From positions 1 to 24,000 of the forward strand of contig JABCSY010000043.1 in NCBI GenBank assembly GCA_018238625.1: 24,000 nt of DNA. Direction: 5' to 3'. The translations under genes and the position numbers were made by a program. Of this stretch, positions 22,685 through 24,000 are shown one piece after another. Below the pieces are notes generated by a model that had not been told where the DNA came from, did no database searches, and worked only from the letters and a program-made list of their open reading frames with translations. Source of the DNA: Promethearchaeota archaeon (lineage in GTDB: Archaea > Asgardarchaeota > Lokiarchaeia > Sigyniarchaeales > SOKP01). Position 1 is the stretch's first letter; every line of letters begins with the position of its first letter.

Positions 22685-23551
22685 TTAGTTCCTTTTCCTT
22701 CTTTTTAGCCATATTACTACACCGCTTATTATTGCTATATACGCCAAGCCATTAAGAATGACCATAAAAACGATTCCAAAGACATCTTCGGATGTTGGGC
22801 CGTAATATATAATTCCTACATATATCGATTCAACTTTTCCTTTATTCCATTCGAATAAAGCACTTTGCCCTCCTTGAATATCTGAAATTTGCAGATCCAC
22901 ATCAATCCCCCCACTATATATAGGAAGCTTACCAAATACTTTAAACTCTACTCTTTGCGTTAGATTTCCTTTCCAAACCCTTGCAGTTTCTAAATAATAC
23001 GCCATGTAGAATAAATTCCGAAAACCTAACGGTTTAGGTATTGAACCGCTGAATTGATAATTAATAATGTAAGAATTGTTTTCTAAAAGGGTTAAATTGG
23101 AAGTAATTAAAGTTATTGGGCAATGGACGACAAATCTGGATAAGAAATCAAGATTTATTCCCGTACTAGTTAAGTTTTCTTCAGTATTACTTAACACTTC
23201 GAAAGGGATTTGCGTATCGTTTACGGACACATCAAAAGTGGAGTTTTGGACATCCATACATAGCGAGAATGGTAAGATTAGGGTAAGATTCGTTGTATAT
23301 TCTGGGTTAAACAGCGTGTAATTTCCATTAAAATTAATTTCCATTTTGTTGGAAAAGTCTGTAGCATTCATGGTAATCATCGTGTTGATGTTTATTAAAC
23401 GAACGGTTGTGTTGGTGCTGGGAAAGATATCTGCGATAAATTGATCTGGTAAAGATGGAGGAGGGGCTGTTATATTAAGGGGTAAGACGATACCGTTCGT
23501 TAAGAGAAATAGGGCAATAAGAACGGAAAGTATTTGATAGTGTTTTCTCAT
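22685..23551 (-). CDS. Secreted, C-terminally membrane-anchored protein rich in N-glycosylation sequons (candidate surface glycoprotein)
   Basis: An N-terminal signal-like segment (MRKHYQILSVLIALFLLTNG) and a C-terminal TM followed by KRRKRN are present. I count 11 N-x-S/T sequons by eye. An alternative start lies at 23572. Confidence 0.55.
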   Translation of the reverse strand: MRKHYQILSVLIALFLLTNGIVLPLNITAPPPSLPDQFIADIFPSTNTTVRLININTMITMNATDFSNKMEINFNGNYTLFNPEYTTNLTLILPFSLCMDVQNSTFDVSVNDTQIPFEVLSNTEENLTSTGINLDFLSRFVVHCPITLITSNLTLLENNSYIINYQFSGSIPKPLGFRNLFYMAYYLETARVWKGNLTQRVEFKVFGKLPIYSGGIDVDLQISDIQGGQSALFEWNKGKVESIYVGIIYYGPTSEDVFGIVFMVILNGLAYIAIISGVVIWLKRRKRN

Positions 23552-23765
23552 ATAATCACCTTGTAAATTCATCTAATGGGATTCAATTAGTATTTTTAAA
23601 CCTATCGTTAGATTCTTTGTAATATTAAAATAATCAATAGTATAATCAATACATTGGAGCTATGTTTTTAAATTTATTAAGACCAAAAGATTCTATTTAG
23701 TATATATTATACTAGTAAATTATTATGAACTGAAAGTTTGAAATGTTTTGAATTGGTGATTGAGT

Positions 23766-24000
23766 GTGGATGAGATTAGAGAAATTTTAAATAAACTGCT
23801 TGATAAGAAGTGTTCTATTGAAGAGGCAGAAAAAATGTTGAAGGCTAATACTATCGAAGAGGTAGGAGATTTGGCTAAGCTGGATGTCTTCAGAAAGTTA
23901 CGCACTGGCGTTGTTGAGGTTATTTATGCGGAAAACAAAACGCCTCAAATGATTATAGAAATAATTTATACTTTCCTAAAGAAAAATAAATTTGCTATTG
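23766..24000 (+). CDS. larB: LarB-like (PurE/AIR-carboxylase-related) protein, N-terminal fragment running off the right edge
   Basis: The frame is open from the stop at 23757-23759 to the window end, with candidate starts TTG 23760 and GTG 23766. The translation ...LKANTIEEVGDLAKLDVFRKLRTGVVEVIYAENKTPQMIIEII... matches the LarB N-terminal pattern (a..D..R..R.GfpEvIyg.gKt..qi). It is missed by the ORF track because it is truncated. Confidence 0.55.
   Translation, partial: MDEIREILNKLLDKKCSIEEAEKMLKANTIEEVGDLAKLDVFRKLRTGVVEVIYAENKTPQMIIEIIYTFLKKNKFAI

Noticed and set aside
23723-23905. 60-aa minus-strand ORF from the track
   Set aside because: The opposite (plus) strand frame translates into a recognisable LarB-like N-terminus running off the window edge. 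The minus ORF is its Ser/Leu-rich shadow.
1-24000. Scan for CRISPR arrays, IS elements or transposases, integrases, prophage genes, rRNA, and small GTPase (P-loop GxxxxGK[ST] plus DxxG) genes
   Set aside because: None was seen. The only P-loop is in Vps4. No regularly spaced direct repeats over 20 bp were found. The only accessory-type module is the HepT/MNT pair.

Overview
This is a very AT-rich archaeal chromosomal window with about 30 genes. I found no rRNA, CRISPR array, transposase or integrase. The centre holds a eukaryote-type ESCRT module at 10.5-14.2 kb: an EAP30/Vps22-36-like gene, a Vps25-like gene, a Vps4 MIT-AAA ATPase and one Snf7-family ESCRT-III gene with a C-terminal MIM1-like motif. 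Together with a NIP7 homologue, an intron-containing tRNA, an archaeal-type PGK and the low GC content, this points to an Asgard (Lokiarchaeia-like) genome; that assignment is inference. The ESCRT module itself is already described for Asgard archaea. The candidates for something undescribed are listed here. (1) Two divergent paralogues (15902-16720 and 19579-20424, both on the minus strand) have an N-terminal CxxC...CxH zinc knuckle plus an alpha/beta core and a helical tail. I cannot place them in any characterised prokaryotic family, and their element order reminds me of folliculin-type longin+DENN proteins, which act as heterodimeric GTPase regulators. (2) A polytopic membrane protein (7517-8833) has a cytoplasmic longin/roadblock-like domain. 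(3) The Vps25 homologue carries a ~125-aa charged coiled-coil N-terminal extension. (4) A HEAT+LRR protein is tightly coupled to a small unknown ORF. (5) A multi-winged-helix protein lies downstream of a tandem GGAATTT repeat. Two tRNAs were found by hand. One is tRNA-Gly(GCC), 132 nt long, with two introns (one in the D-arm, one at the canonical 37/38 site) and no encoded CCA. The other is an intron-less tRNA-Val(GAC) with an encoded CCA. The remaining genes are housekeeping or accessory: a SIS-domain fragment, an MFS transporter, an NDP-sugar pyrophosphorylase, a CYTH protein, an NSUN/RsmB m5C RNA methyltransferase, a HepT/MNT toxin-antitoxin pair, a PfkB kinase, a SAM methyltransferase, a fused OppB-OppC-type permease, PGK, a sequon-rich surface protein and a LarB-like fragment. 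All homology calls come from motif recognition by eye. No searches were run.
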